Counted from the first letter of the stretch, positions 31,101-40,206 are shown. The stretch: 64,000 bases of DNA from an uncultured Gammaproteobacteria bacterium (GCA_964552565.1 CAZKGL010000001.1:237113-301112); one strand, 5' to 3'. Made by a program: numbers and translations. The notes: generated by a model not told the origin, from the sequence alone.

Positions 31101-31293
31101 CGAAGGCGACGGCGAGCTCCGCTGGGTCACCAGCGAGTCGGTCGCCGAGGAGATCTACGGCGAAGACTGGGCCGACTACGTCATCGACATCCCGGACACG
31201 CTCTGGCCGCGGTTCGACCAGGGTGATGACATCGACTCGGATGAAGGCTTTGACACGAGCAACATGAAGACCCGCATGGAGGTGAACTCCTAG
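28114..31293 (+). CDS. Giant secreted surface protein with four tandem ~122-aa repeats, an Ig-like region, a Kre9/KNH-like beta-sandwich, an acidic linker and a conserved C-terminal domain
   Basis: Signal peptide MLARLL...SAFA. Repeats begin AFTYADNDGDGKIDRVTITWSEEV, AKPVISTFDYSDADDDGKVDTITVNYTETV, AKPVITAFDYQDADDDGKIDTIVTNFSEEV and AAPQIATVTYSDADGDAKVDTLTLAYTETV. The C-terminal module is shared with the 31389 gene. Confidence 0.8.
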   Translation: MLARLLTFRQARPLAYLLAILGAGIVFLLTAQSAFAANTISTSKYEESGTADGTLDRIRFAMDENVTACTYESGDWSIDAAGTVGLTAITAVSCTTLDVNLDITATFTANITGGAVNPQIDYNNQGQPNSIYLTSGAMTNKLNQAITDGAKPQANAFTYADNDGDGKIDRVTITWSEEVAAGSVIAKNDLTFQNVGDFTGIAFGTDNTDLITGSTSTTLLDLTAGAGAAEATALDTADSGSIRIDSQNAWSITDGTNANTTLGSQSAIATYTDGAKPVISTFDYSDADDDGKVDTITVNYTETVTAASVLAANDLTLSAVGDFTSLAFGANSTDLITGSVTSTAITLGTESTVKDTEDNAGTLAITSQNLFSLTDGTNTNADLEAQAQATAVDEAKPVITAFDYQDADDDGKIDTIVTNFSEEVVAGSVLRPADLTFSAVGDFTAAAFGANTTDAITGTVTSATLTLGTESTAKDTAEGAGTIAITAQNNFSLVDTATAANTNNTLDAQSSSATFVDEAAPQIATVTYSDADGDAKVDTLTLAYTETVTAASVLGQNDLTLSAVGDFTALAFSNSATDLITGSVSSTAITMGTESSAQDTGDDSPALAMTSQNLFSLTDGTNANAELEAQMSSSATVADGARPMLLTTSPVNGATGVSATANTVLTFSEPISTGSFTWTSTGGPAMADFAAAWTVGDTVVTLNPPGNMGGGLHTVDVTAAPDTGSNTYNGAVAAIADPFTFTVSTSGTTSTGTSSTVGGSANYSVLVEAPNGGETLTPGESYDIRWSTDGGSTMSAMNIAYSTNNGDSYTAIVSDTANDGSYTWTVPDIDSDQVFIRIQGTDLATVLAYDRSDSEFTIGTVAASDDEDTTDEDEDTSSDDSDTAETSDDVTVPSSGETGASPVTGETEEISAVEAGMYVRSVYFDTVYYLEGQDDGSIVRRPFMDSQTYFTYFDSWDEVETVTDATLPTLTLGAPMLPQAGVVLVKIQSVAKVYAIEGDGELRWVTSESVAEEIYGEDWADYVIDIPDTLWPRFDQGDDIDSDEGFDTSNMKTRMEVNS
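28560..30040 (+). repeat. Intragenic tandem repeats (4 copies, period about 366-375 bp) in the surface protein gene
   Basis: Visible periodicity of DxDxDGKxD-containing units at the protein level. Confidence 0.7.
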
Positions 31294-31388
31294 CGGCCAC
31301 AACCAAGAGACGGGGGACGCGTCCCCCGTCTCTTGTGTTTTTGATCGCGTTCAGGTAAAAAATCACCGTCATTTTTCTTTCTCACCTT

Positions 31389-32375
31389 ATGATGTCGCGT
31401 TGGATACTCTTGGGAGGAGTTATTGCGCTGTCATTCGCGCTTGTGCCGCACGCGTTCGCCGCAGACACGGTGGACCATGACACCTCGGTCGACCTCATCG
31501 GCAACGATGCGAGCGGCCATACCACCCAGGTGGAGGGTGAGCTCGCGAAGCCGTTCACGGTCGTCTCCTCAATCTCATTCCGGACGTTCAAGGACGCCAC
31601 GGTGACGGTGTTCGCACCGGCCACGGGCGACGCGTTCGTCCCGGGCACGTCGCATGACATCCGTTGGGAGTGGGACAGTCAGGCGATGTCCGCGGTCAAC
31701 CTTTTCTACTCGAAAGATGGCGGCGCGACGTACACGGCTATCGCCACGAACGTCCCGAACCGCGGCTACTACGCGTGGAACGTCCCGGATGTCGTGACGG
31801 AGCACGCGAAGGTCCTGGTGCAGGGCACGGACGGCCTCGACGTCTTCGTGGAGGACGTTTCCGACGAGTTCACGATCCTCGGCACGGTCGAGTACGGCAC
31901 GTCGCCGGTCGACGGCACGACCGAGGAGCTCGCCGACGTCGATGCGGGACAAGTCGTCATGAGCCCGTCGTTCAGCGAAACGTATTACGTCGCCGAAGAC
32001 GGGACGCGCCGGCCGTTCATCGACACGCAGAGCATGTACACCTACATCCGCCATGCCGATGACGTCGCCATGGTGACCGACGCGACGGTCGCCTCGCTCG
32101 CGCTCGGCGCGCCGATGCTTCCGAAGTCCGGGACCGTGCTCGTCAAAGAGGCCATCTCGCCGGATGTGTACCTTGTGACGGGCGATGTCGAATCGCCGGT
32201 CATTCGCCACATCACGAGCGAACGGATCGCCGCCGAGATGTTCGGCGAGGATTGGGCCGACTACGTCATCGATGTACCGCCGACGGTCCTCGTCCGCTAC
32301 GCGCGCGGCGAAGCCATCGATCGCGCGATCATGGTGGATACCTCCGGCATGCGGAAACGAGAGACATTGCAGTAA
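31389..32375 (+). CDS. Secreted protein, paralog of the C-terminal half of the giant surface protein
   Basis: Signal peptide MMSRWILLGGVIALSFALVPHAFA. Shares the Kre9-like domain and the C-terminal domain (FGEDWADYVIDVPPTVL versus YGEDWADYVIDIPDTLW). Confidence 0.8.
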   Translation: MMSRWILLGGVIALSFALVPHAFAADTVDHDTSVDLIGNDASGHTTQVEGELAKPFTVVSSISFRTFKDATVTVFAPATGDAFVPGTSHDIRWEWDSQAMSAVNLFYSKDGGATYTAIATNVPNRGYYAWNVPDVVTEHAKVLVQGTDGLDVFVEDVSDEFTILGTVEYGTSPVDGTTEELADVDAGQVVMSPSFSETYYVAEDGTRRPFIDTQSMYTYIRHADDVAMVTDATVASLALGAPMLPKSGTVLVKEAISPDVYLVTGDVESPVIRHITSERIAAEMFGEDWADYVIDVPPTVLVRYARGEAIDRAIMVDTSGMRKRETLQ

Positions 32376-32389
32376 CGCTCCGAGCAACA

Positions 32390-32440
32390 CACCCATCCTG
32401 AGGCCGTCGGCTGACGCCTCCTCAGGATGGGTGTTTGGTG
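32390..32440 (+). terminator. Intrinsic terminator (14-bp stem CACCCATCCTGAGG/CCTCAGGATGGGTG), member of the 'catcctgagg' repeat family
   Basis: Hairpin followed by TTTGG. Shares the catcctgagg core with 4579 and 45716. Confidence 0.5.
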
Positions 32441-32447
32441 CTATACT
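32439..32447 (+). promoter_or_regulatory. Extended -10 TGcTATACT only 9 nt before the LOG start codon (leaderless-type)
   Basis: tgcTATACTggagcaagtATG. Confidence 0.4.
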
Positions 32448-32456
32448 GGAGCAAGT

Positions 32457-33212
32457 ATGGACATCTTCACGCAGCGCAAGAACGGCGCGACCGGGGTGAA
32501 AGACCCGTCGCGTGTTTGCCGCATCCCGCTGACGCCGGAGGAGCGCGCCATGTGCGCGACGCCGGACCAGGCGCCGAAGATGTCGGACATCACGTGGCGC
32601 ATCTTCCGCATCATGGCGGAGTTCGTCGAGGGCTTTCAGTTCTTGTCGACCACGACGCGCGAAGTCACGGTGTTCGGGTCCGCGCGCCTGCCGCCGACGA
32701 ACCGTTGGTACCAAGAGGCGGTGAAGTTCGGGCGGTTGCTTGGCGAGCACGGGTTCAGCGTCATCACCGGCGGCGGTCCGGGCATCATGGAGGGCGCGAA
32801 CAAGGGCGTATACGAGGTCGGCGGGGAATCCATCGGCCTGAATATCCAGTTGCCGCACGAACAGCGCATCAACCCGTACGTCACCCGGTCGCGCGCGTTT
32901 TACTACTTCTTCACGCGCAAGGTCATGCTCGCGGCGAGCGCCCAGGCCTACGTCTATTTCCCCGGCGGGTTCGGCACGCTTGACGAGCTGTTTGAAATTT
33001 TGACGCTCATCCAGACCAAGAAGTCCGAGAAGATCGCCGTCGTGCTCGTCGGCCATGCGTTTTGGGATCCGATGGTCGAATGGATCCGCGAGACCATGCT
33101 CGGCACCTTTGATGCGATTTCCGCCGAGGACCTGCATCTGTTCACCGTGGTCGATACCGCGGAGGAGGCCTTCGAACTTGTGAAGACCTCCCAGGAACGG
33201 TCATTCTTCTGA
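32457..33212 (+). CDS. LOG family protein (cytokinin riboside 5'-monophosphate phosphoribohydrolase-like, TIGR00730)
   Basis: TVFGSARL...GGGPGIMEGANKG...PGGFGTLDELFE motifs. Confidence 0.85.
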   Translation: MDIFTQRKNGATGVKDPSRVCRIPLTPEERAMCATPDQAPKMSDITWRIFRIMAEFVEGFQFLSTTTREVTVFGSARLPPTNRWYQEAVKFGRLLGEHGFSVITGGGPGIMEGANKGVYEVGGESIGLNIQLPHEQRINPYVTRSRAFYYFFTRKVMLAASAQAYVYFPGGFGTLDELFEILTLIQTKKSEKIAVVLVGHAFWDPMVEWIRETMLGTFDAISAEDLHLFTVVDTAEEAFELVKTSQERSFF

Positions 33213-33216
33213 TGCT

Positions 33217-34788
33217 ATGGCAGAACGCTTGCGCGCCCTGGCCCACGTGTTTGAAAAGCCCGACGGCTTTTCCGCGGCGGTCGGCGAAGAAGTCATCGAA
33301 GTCAGCGTGCCGGTGAGCACGGCTGCCGTGTTATACGAGAAGGTCCGCAACACGCTCGAATACCAGGAGGAGCATCTCCTCCGGCGCGGCGCCATCGAAC
33401 GGTTCTTCCAGCGCCACCTCGGAGAGCAGACCGCGCTGTCGTCGCTGTCGGGCGACCTCTTGCGGGAGCTCGTGTGGGCGAAGTACCTTCCGAACAAGGC
33501 GGTGCCGACGCACCTTGCGGACAAGGTCGCCGCGGTCGTCGCGAAGTACGACACGCTATTCAAGGCGGCAGAAGGGAAAGGCGATGCGCGGGAGCGCATT
33601 TCGGGCTTCGTGCTCGACACGCTTGCGACCGAAGTCGAGTACACCATCGCCCCGCCGCACCACGACGAGGCGTTGGCGAGTTACATGTACGAGGAGATGC
33701 GCGAGCGGACGGAATGGGATCCGGCGTACGGACTTTCGGACGAGGCGAAGGACCTCCGGCTGTTTATTGCCGTGCACCGCACGCTCCTCAAGTCGAACCA
33801 AGAAACGCTCCGGTTCCGCGTCCTGTCGCTGTACTACCCCGACTGGCCGGGCGCGAGCACGCCGGAACGTATCAACGAGATCGCGGCCAACCTGGTGAAG
33901 GTCGCGGACATGGTGGACGGCGAAAGCATGCATCCGTTGACCGACCGCGTGTCGCGCATGCTGCGCCGACGCGCAGGCGTGTTCCGCGTCGTCCGCGACG
34001 TCATCGACCATCACCCGGAGCACTTCCACGAACTCCTCGAAGACCCGGATGCGCTCGACCGGCAGGTCGGGGAAGCGCTGCACCACCGCACGGACCTCTT
34101 CCGCACCAGGCTCCGCCGTACCGTCGTCCGCGCCATCCTTTTCCTGTTCATCACGAAGATGCTGTTGGCGCTTGTCATGGAAGTCCCGTACGACCTCCTC
34201 GTCGTCGGCGAACTGGCGATGGGCCCGCTCCTCATTAACATCCTGTTCCCGCCGTTCTTCCTCGCGCTCCTCAGCCTGACGGTGACGATCCCGGAGAAGC
34301 GCAACACGGACGACTACCGGGCCGCCGTGCGCGCACTCGTCGTCCATGCCGACCATCCGGTCCTGAACCTCCGCATCAAGAAGGAGACGCGAAGCGCGTG
34401 GGCGACGATCTTTAACGTGCTTTACGCCGGGACGTTCATCTTCGTGTACGGCGTGATTGCGAGTTTCCTCCATAACGTCGGTTTCCATGCGCTGTCCATC
34501 GGGCTGTTCCTGTTTTTCCTCTCGCTCGTCACGTTCTTCGGCATCCGCATCCGCAGTTCCACCCGCGATATCGTCGCGCTCGACGCGCGCAGCGGCATCA
34601 TCGGCACGGCGTTCGACATCTTCATGCTCCCGATCGTCCGCGCCGGCTCCTGGCTTTCGGTGAAGGTCGCGAAGATCAACGTGTTCATCTTCTTCTTCGA
34701 CTTCATCATCGAGGCGCCGTTCAAGGTCGCGATCCGATTCATGGAAAGCTGGCTGAACTTCGTCCGCGAAAAGAAGGAAGAAATTTAA
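33217..34788 (+). CDS. Hypothetical membrane protein (about 300-aa soluble N-domain plus C-terminal TM bundle)
   Basis: ORF of 523 aa with normal composition and several C-terminal hydrophobic helices. Confidence 0.55.
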   Translation: MAERLRALAHVFEKPDGFSAAVGEEVIEVSVPVSTAAVLYEKVRNTLEYQEEHLLRRGAIERFFQRHLGEQTALSSLSGDLLRELVWAKYLPNKAVPTHLADKVAAVVAKYDTLFKAAEGKGDARERISGFVLDTLATEVEYTIAPPHHDEALASYMYEEMRERTEWDPAYGLSDEAKDLRLFIAVHRTLLKSNQETLRFRVLSLYYPDWPGASTPERINEIAANLVKVADMVDGESMHPLTDRVSRMLRRRAGVFRVVRDVIDHHPEHFHELLEDPDALDRQVGEALHHRTDLFRTRLRRTVVRAILFLFITKMLLALVMEVPYDLLVVGELAMGPLLINILFPPFFLALLSLTVTIPEKRNTDDYRAAVRALVVHADHPVLNLRIKKETRSAWATIFNVLYAGTFIFVYGVIASFLHNVGFHALSIGLFLFFLSLVTFFGIRIRSSTRDIVALDARSGIIGTAFDIFMLPIVRAGSWLSVKVAKINVFIFFFDFIIEAPFKVAIRFMESWLNFVREKKEEI

Positions 34789-34797
34789 CCCACGCCC

Positions 34798-35787
34798 GTG
34801 ACGCGGAGGACCGCAGCACTTCGGATCGTCTTTACGCTGACGCTCGCCCTCTCGGCCTTCGCGTCAACCGTGTTCGTATTGACGCGCCGGGTGGTTATAC
34901 CGGATGCGGCGACCGAGTTTGGCATCACGTTTTCTCCCCGTACCGCGTCGTACTACGGCGTCGACCCCCGCGCGGCATACACCGCGGCGCTCGACGAACT
35001 CGACGTGCGGCTCGTCCGCCTGCCCGTGTATTGGGACGACGTCGAGCCGTCCGACGACGCGTACGCATTCACGGACACGGATTGGTACATGGACGAGGCG
35101 GCGGCGCGCGGGGCGAAGGTGACGCTCGTCATCGGCATGAAGGTTCCGCGCTGGCCCGAGTGCCACGTGCCGGACTGGGTGCCGAGTGATGCGCCGCGCG
35201 AAGCGCTCCTGGATTACCTCGAAGCCGCCGTCGTGCGCTACGCGCACCATCCGGCATTGTATCGTTGGCAGGTCGAGAACGAGGTGCGGTTCCCGTTTGG
35301 GGAATGCCCCGCGCCCGACCTCGCGTTGTTCGCGGACGAGGTCGCGCTCGTCCGGAGTCTCGATGCCGATACGCCGATCCAGCTCACGGTGAGCGGCGAG
35401 CAAGAGGCATGGGCGGCGACCGCGGAGGACGCGGACGTGCTCGGTGCGAGCCTCTACCGATTTGCCTGGAACTCGACGTTCGGGCTCGTCGTCTTCCCGC
35501 ACCCGCCGTCGTATTACCGGTTGCAGTGGCGTACGCTTGGCGACCGCGTCGACACCGCGGTCATCTCCGAGCTGCAGGCGGAACCGTGGTTTGACGGCGA
35601 TGTCCCTGCGGACGTTGCGGAGCGGTATGCGCTCTTCCCTGAAGAGCGGCTGCGCGACCATGCGCGGTTTGCCGAGGCGACGGAGTTCCCCGAGGTGTAC
35701 CTCTGGGGGGCCGAATGGTGGTATGCTTTGCGTATCGCGGGCGAACCGCGGCTTTGGGATACGGCAAGGGATATTTTGCAGGAGTAA
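34798..35787 (+). CDS. Putative glycoside hydrolase (TIM barrel, GH5-like) with N-terminal membrane anchor
   Basis: WQVENE motif (catalytic acid/base NE(P)-like), GTG start, TM segment IVFTLTLALSAFASTVFVL. Confidence 0.5.
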   Translation: MTRRTAALRIVFTLTLALSAFASTVFVLTRRVVIPDAATEFGITFSPRTASYYGVDPRAAYTAALDELDVRLVRLPVYWDDVEPSDDAYAFTDTDWYMDEAAARGAKVTLVIGMKVPRWPECHVPDWVPSDAPREALLDYLEAAVVRYAHHPALYRWQVENEVRFPFGECPAPDLALFADEVALVRSLDADTPIQLTVSGEQEAWAATAEDADVLGASLYRFAWNSTFGLVVFPHPPSYYRLQWRTLGDRVDTAVISELQAEPWFDGDVPADVAERYALFPEERLRDHARFAEATEFPEVYLWGAEWWYALRIAGEPRLWDTARDILQE

Positions 35788-35788
35788 C

Positions 35789-37186
35789 ATGCCAAGGAGG
35801 ATTCCGACGACATTCGATGTCATCGTCATCGGCGGCGGTTCCGCAGGGATCGCCGCGGCTGATGTTGCGCGCCAAAACGGTGCGCGCGTGTGCATGATTG
35901 AGGCAGACCGCCTTGGCGGCGAGTGCCCAAATTGGGCGTGCGTCCCGACGAAGGCGATGCTGCGCGCGGCGATGCTCTATGACGAGATCCGGCACGCCGC
36001 GCCCGAGGCCGGCATCCGCACCGGCGACGTACAGTTCCATTTCGGCCGGCTCATGGCGCGCAAGGACGCGGTCGTCGATGCGGTGACGGGACATGGCAAA
36101 CGGCTTGCGGCATGGGCGAAGGCGAACGACATCGAGGTCGTGCGCGGCGACGCGGCGTTCGCCGACCCGCATGCGATCCGCGTCGGGACCATGAAGCTCC
36201 GGGCGCGCGCGTTTGTCATCGCGACCGGTTCGGTTGACGCCATCCCGCCCATCGCGGGCATCGAGGACGTCGACTATGCGACGTCGCGCGACGTCGTGTC
36301 GCTGAAGACGCTGCCCGACCGCATCGCCGTCATCGGCGGCGGCCCGGTCGGCATGGAATTCGCCACGTTCTTCTCGCTCTTGCGCAGGAAGGTGACGCTC
36401 ATTGAAGCCGGCAAGGCGGTGCTGCCGCGCGAGGATGCGGAGGTCGCGGCGCTCGCCGCAGCGGCGCTGCGCGGGCACGGCGCCGCGGTGTATGAGCATG
36501 CAAAGGTCCTTGCCGTGCGCCGCAAAGGGAAAACGACGGAGATCACGTTCCAGCGGGGGACGAAGCGGCGGGAAACGCTCCGGGCCGACCTGCTGCTTGT
36601 GGCGACCGGCAAGCGGCCGAATGTCGCCCACCTCGGCCTTGATGTCGCGGGCGTCCGGCGGGATGACCGCGGGCGGCTCGTCCTCAACCGCAACCTCCAG
36701 ACATCGGTACCGCACATTTATGCCGCGGGCGACGTGACATCGGGATATCTCTTTACGCACACGGCGCATGCGGAGGGGGCGTTTGTCGGCGCGTTGGCCG
36801 CCGGCGCGCCGGCGCCGCGCACCACAAAGCCGCTCTTGCCGGTTGTGCCGCGCGTCACGTTCGTCGTGCCCGAGGTCGCGTCGGTCGGCATGACGGAAGC
36901 CGCGGCGCGCAAGGCCGGAAAGAAGGTCGCCGTCGCGCGGTTCCCGATCGGCGCATTGAGCCGAGCGGTGATCGACGACACGCGTGACGGCCTCGTGAAG
37001 GTCGTCATGGAAACACGGACCGGAAAAATCCTCGGTGCCCACATCATCGGCAGCCGGGCGGGGGAGTGCATCCACGAACTTGCGCTCGCAATTCATGCGG
37101 GCATCCCATTTGACGAGGTCGCGGCCATGCTGCACGCTTTTCCCACGTATTCGGAGGGCATTGCCGCCGCGGCGGGGTCGCTATGA
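35789..37186 (+). CDS. FAD-dependent pyridine nucleotide-disulfide oxidoreductase, dihydrolipoyl dehydrogenase family
   Basis: FDVIVIGGGSAGIAAA FAD motif, redox-active GGECPNWACVPTK, C-terminal HAFPTYSE interface motif. Confidence 0.8.
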   Translation: MPRRIPTTFDVIVIGGGSAGIAAADVARQNGARVCMIEADRLGGECPNWACVPTKAMLRAAMLYDEIRHAAPEAGIRTGDVQFHFGRLMARKDAVVDAVTGHGKRLAAWAKANDIEVVRGDAAFADPHAIRVGTMKLRARAFVIATGSVDAIPPIAGIEDVDYATSRDVVSLKTLPDRIAVIGGGPVGMEFATFFSLLRRKVTLIEAGKAVLPREDAEVAALAAAALRGHGAAVYEHAKVLAVRRKGKTTEITFQRGTKRRETLRADLLLVATGKRPNVAHLGLDVAGVRRDDRGRLVLNRNLQTSVPHIYAAGDVTSGYLFTHTAHAEGAFVGALAAGAPAPRTTKPLLPVVPRVTFVVPEVASVGMTEAAARKAGKKVAVARFPIGALSRAVIDDTRDGLVKVVMETRTGKILGAHIIGSRAGECIHELALAIHAGIPFDEVAAMLHAFPTYSEGIAAAAGSL

Positions 37187-37680
37187 AGGAACACTTTCCG
37201 ACAATCTGGTCGCTCGTGACGCGCACAAGGCCGATGTGGGGCATGATCCCGCTCCGCGTCATGTTCGGCGTCATTATCATCCTCCAGGGCGTCGACCGCT
37301 TGACCGGCGTCCGCGAGGCGGGGAGCATCCTCGAGTCGTTGTCGCACGAGTGGCAGCTTGCGGTCGTGCTGATATTCAGCATCATCGAGATCCTTGCCGG
37401 CGTCATGGCGATCCCGGGGATCCTTGTCCGGCTCGTCGGTTTTGCCATCGTCATCGAGATGGCGGTCGCCATCTTCTTCGAGCGTATCCCGCTCGAGTTC
37501 AGCGGCAACCTCCAGGCGCAGCTCCTCATGACGGCCATCGCGGCCATGATGGTGTTTAGCGGCGCAGGACGGCATTCCGTCGACCATTGGCTGGCGTGCC
37601 GGCATTTGGTACGGTACCCGAATAAGAAATGGGAGTTGTACTGCCTCGCCGAGACGCCGTATACGAAGTGGTGGGAATAA
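37183..37680 (+). CDS. DoxX family membrane protein
   Basis: Four TM helices with a DoxX-like pattern. ATGA overlap with the upstream gene. Confidence 0.6.
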   Translation: MKEHFPTIWSLVTRTRPMWGMIPLRVMFGVIIILQGVDRLTGVREAGSILESLSHEWQLAVVLIFSIIEILAGVMAIPGILVRLVGFAIVIEMAVAIFFERIPLEFSGNLQAQLLMTAIAAMMVFSGAGRHSVDHWLACRHLVRYPNKKWELYCLAETPYTKWWE

Positions 37681-37731
37681 GGATTCCTCCACTCGGCCGT
37701 TTGGCGGCCTCGGTCGGAATGACATCATGTC

Positions 37732-38349
37732 ATGCCGAGCGCAGTCGAGGCATCCTTGCATCCTATGGATAGCGTCATGCTTACCGCTCTTGTCATTTTG
37801 CTCGTCATCCAACTTGTCGTGCTTTTCGTGCTGCTGAGCTTTGGCATCACGTTGTTTTTTGGCTCTCCATGGGTGCCGACGCATCCGTCGCGCGCAAAGC
37901 GCATGTTTGCATTTGCCGCATTGCAGCCGGGGGAGACGGTGCTTGACCTCGGAAGCGGCGACGGCGCCATCCTCATCTGCGCCATTGAAGACTTCGGCGC
38001 GCGGCATGCGTTCGGCTATGAGATTAACCCCGTGCTCATCGCCATGGCGCGCGTCCGCGCGAAGCTGCGCGGCATCCGCGACCGGGTGACGACCATCCGG
38101 GCGAACATCTTCACGGACAAAATCATCCACGCCGACGTCATCACGACGTTCCTTATTCCGAGCACCATGAAGCGCCTCCTGCCGCGCCTCGCCGCCCTGC
38201 CGCCGGAAACCCGCATCGTCTCGCGCGGGTTCCAAATCCCTGGCGTCGCTGCGACGAAGAAACAAGAAGGCCCGGAGGAGTGGCTGTACCTGTACACAGC
38301 GGGGGATTTGGCGGGAAGCGTGGGGCTGGAAGCGAAGGATGGGGTTTGA
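37732..38349 (+). CDS. Class I SAM-dependent methyltransferase with N-terminal TM helix
   Basis: VLDLGSGDGAI motif I. Confidence 0.6.
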   Translation: MPSAVEASLHPMDSVMLTALVILLVIQLVVLFVLLSFGITLFFGSPWVPTHPSRAKRMFAFAALQPGETVLDLGSGDGAILICAIEDFGARHAFGYEINPVLIAMARVRAKLRGIRDRVTTIRANIFTDKIIHADVITTFLIPSTMKRLLPRLAALPPETRIVSRGFQIPGVAATKKQEGPEEWLYLYTAGDLAGSVGLEAKDGV

Positions 38350-38941
38350 TAAACTGCCGCCAGCTATGTCGAATGAAATCGTCCTGGACATCGAGACCCA
38401 GAACACGTTTGAAGAGGTCGGTGGGTACTTTACGGACAAGCTGAAGGTCTCGCTCGTCGGCGTCTATTTTTACGAGACCGATGCGTACGAGAGCTTCCTC
38501 GAGCCCGACTTGCCGGCGCTGTTCCAGCGGCTGGAGAAGGGCGGGCGCATCATCGGCTATAACTCGATCGGCTTCGACATGCCGGTCATGAATAACTATT
38601 ACTCCGGCGACCTCCTCAAGCTGCCGCAGCTCGACATTCTCCGTGAGATTGAGAAGGCCCTCGGGCACCGCATCAAGCTCGACGATGTTGCGAAGGCGAC
38701 GCTCGGCACGCAAAAATCCGGCCATGGGCTCCAGGCCGTGACGTGGTGGAAACAGGGAAACATCGACGCCATCCGGGAGTACTGTTTGCAGGACGTAAAA
38801 GTGACCAGGGAGGTCTACGAGTTCGGATTGAAAAACGGGTTTGTGTTGTTTGACGACCGCATGGGCGAGCGCCGCGCCGTGACGGTCGATTTCCGCGCGC
38901 CGATCGCCGCGTCCCAGTTCAACATGACGATGGGGTTTTAG
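38339..38941 (+). CDS. 3'-5' exonuclease, DEDDy (DnaQ-like) family
   Basis: VLDIETQN (Exo I), YNSIGFDMPV (Exo II), YCLQDVKVTREVY (Exo III with Tyr). Confidence 0.65.
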   Translation: MGFDKLPPAMSNEIVLDIETQNTFEEVGGYFTDKLKVSLVGVYFYETDAYESFLEPDLPALFQRLEKGGRIIGYNSIGFDMPVMNNYYSGDLLKLPQLDILREIEKALGHRIKLDDVAKATLGTQKSGHGLQAVTWWKQGNIDAIREYCLQDVKVTREVYEFGLKNGFVLFDDRMGERRAVTVDFRAPIAASQFNMTMGF

Positions 38942-39417
38942 AGCCTTCCCGCGAACCAAAGCGCGGCCAGGATGCCGAGGATGCCGACGAGGCCGACGAG
39001 CGGAATCCAGGTCGGGTTGGGGAAGAGATGGCTTTTCGTCGGGTCGTCGGTCTGGTAGGTGACGGTCACCGTGGTGCCGACCGGATGCGTTTCGACGTAC
39101 GTCCGGAGCCCCGATGAGTTCATTGGGTTGTAGTAGACGTCGGAACCCTCGAATGTTTGCCCGTCTTCGGCCATGAACGTGTAGCGGAACGTCGCTTTCA
39201 TGGCGATGTCGCTGTTGGCGCCGGTCCATGGGTCGCGTCCTTCGGGAATGTCGGCCCACGAGCGGGTGTGGAGTGCGACGCTCGTGACGGTCGCTTCCGC
39301 CTTGGCGCGTTTTGCGAAGAGGTCGGAGAAATACCCGCTCCGTGCGGTCGTCACAAGTCCGAAGACGACGGCGACGGCGGCGATGCCGAGGGCGATGAAC
39401 GGGAGCTTGTCTTCCAT
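38938..39417 (-). CDS. DUF3592-like membrane protein (TM, beta-rich domain, C-terminal TM), paralog 1
   Basis: MEDKLPFIALGIAAVAVVFGLV start. Same architecture as the paralog directly upstream. Confidence 0.5.
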   Translation of the reverse strand: MEDKLPFIALGIAAVAVVFGLVTTARSGYFSDLFAKRAKAEATVTSVALHTRSWADIPEGRDPWTGANSDIAMKATFRYTFMAEDGQTFEGSDVYYNPMNSSGLRTYVETHPVGTTVTVTYQTDDPTKSHLFPNPTWIPLVGLVGILGILAALWFAGRL

Positions 39418-39418
39418 A

Positions 39419-40033
39419 CTATTTTCCGAGCGCGCCGGACACGATTCGATAGACGATGCCGAGCATGACCGCGGTGGCGAGTACGACGAACACGATATAG
39501 CCGGTCCCGTTGCCGCTCCGCAGCGCTTCTTTGATGATGACATGATAGACGAGGCCGCCGATCATTACGATGCCGAAAAGCGACAGGAAGATGGACCACG
39601 CGATGTGGCGCTCCCGGAAGAGCATGTGGTTGTACGGGTCTGCGGGGTCGTACTGCACGGTGATCGTCGAAGCGGGGGGGTGCGCGTCCGCATAATTCTC
39701 CGCGGTGAACGCCCATGCGAATTTCCTGCTGTCCGTGCCCTGCAGCATGATTGAGGCATTCTCCGGATTGGGGAACGTGTAGCTGACGTACACGTCGTAG
39801 TTGTGCCCAGTGCCCCACGTTGGTTTGCCGGTCGGCGCAGGCACGCTGGTTTCGACGATGCGGACATCCGTGACGGTCGCGGTTGCGGTCGCCGTGAGGT
39901 CCGCGCCCTCCGATGCGTCTTGGAAGCCGCCCCAGACGAGGATGCCCATGGGGACGGACACGATGCCAATGATGAGGAGCACGACGAGGAACATGATGAC
40001 GTCGCCCATACGAGATCCCTTGGGGGTGTGCAT
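39419..40033 (-). CDS. DUF3592-like membrane protein, paralog 2
   Basis: N-TM, about 110-aa domain, two C-terminal TMs. Alternative start at 40009 (MGDVIMF). Its stop abuts the paralog 1 start. Confidence 0.5.
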   Translation of the reverse strand: MHTPKGSRMGDVIMFLVVLLIIGIVSVPMGILVWGGFQDASEGADLTATATATVTDVRIVETSVPAPTGKPTWGTGHNYDVYVSYTFPNPENASIMLQGTDSRKFAWAFTAENYADAHPPASTITVQYDPADPYNHMLFRERHIAWSIFLSLFGIVMIGGLVYHVIIKEALRSGNGTGYIVFVVLATAVMLGIVYRIVSGALGK

Positions 40034-40170
40034 AGGTGAAAGATTGTTCCTCCCCAGTATACATCGCGCGGTTCTCGCGACGAAAATGCGCTGTGCGCAC
40101 GACCCCGTTTGTCGTCTTGCCGCGGACGGTTCCCGTTATCCCCATCCCCCTCCTTCACCACAACCGCTAG

Positions 40171-40206
40171 TGGTATACTTTGGGGTACGGACACAACATG
40201 TTGTGT
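40171..40206 (+). promoter_or_regulatory. nrdJ promoter (extended -10 TGgTATACT) followed by a perfect 16-bp palindrome ACACAACATGTTGTGT (NrdR-box-like operator)
   Basis: The palindrome at 40191-40206 matches the NrdR box consensus acaCwAtATaTwGtgt. It sits about 12 nt downstream of the -10, overlapping the likely transcription start. Confidence 0.5.
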
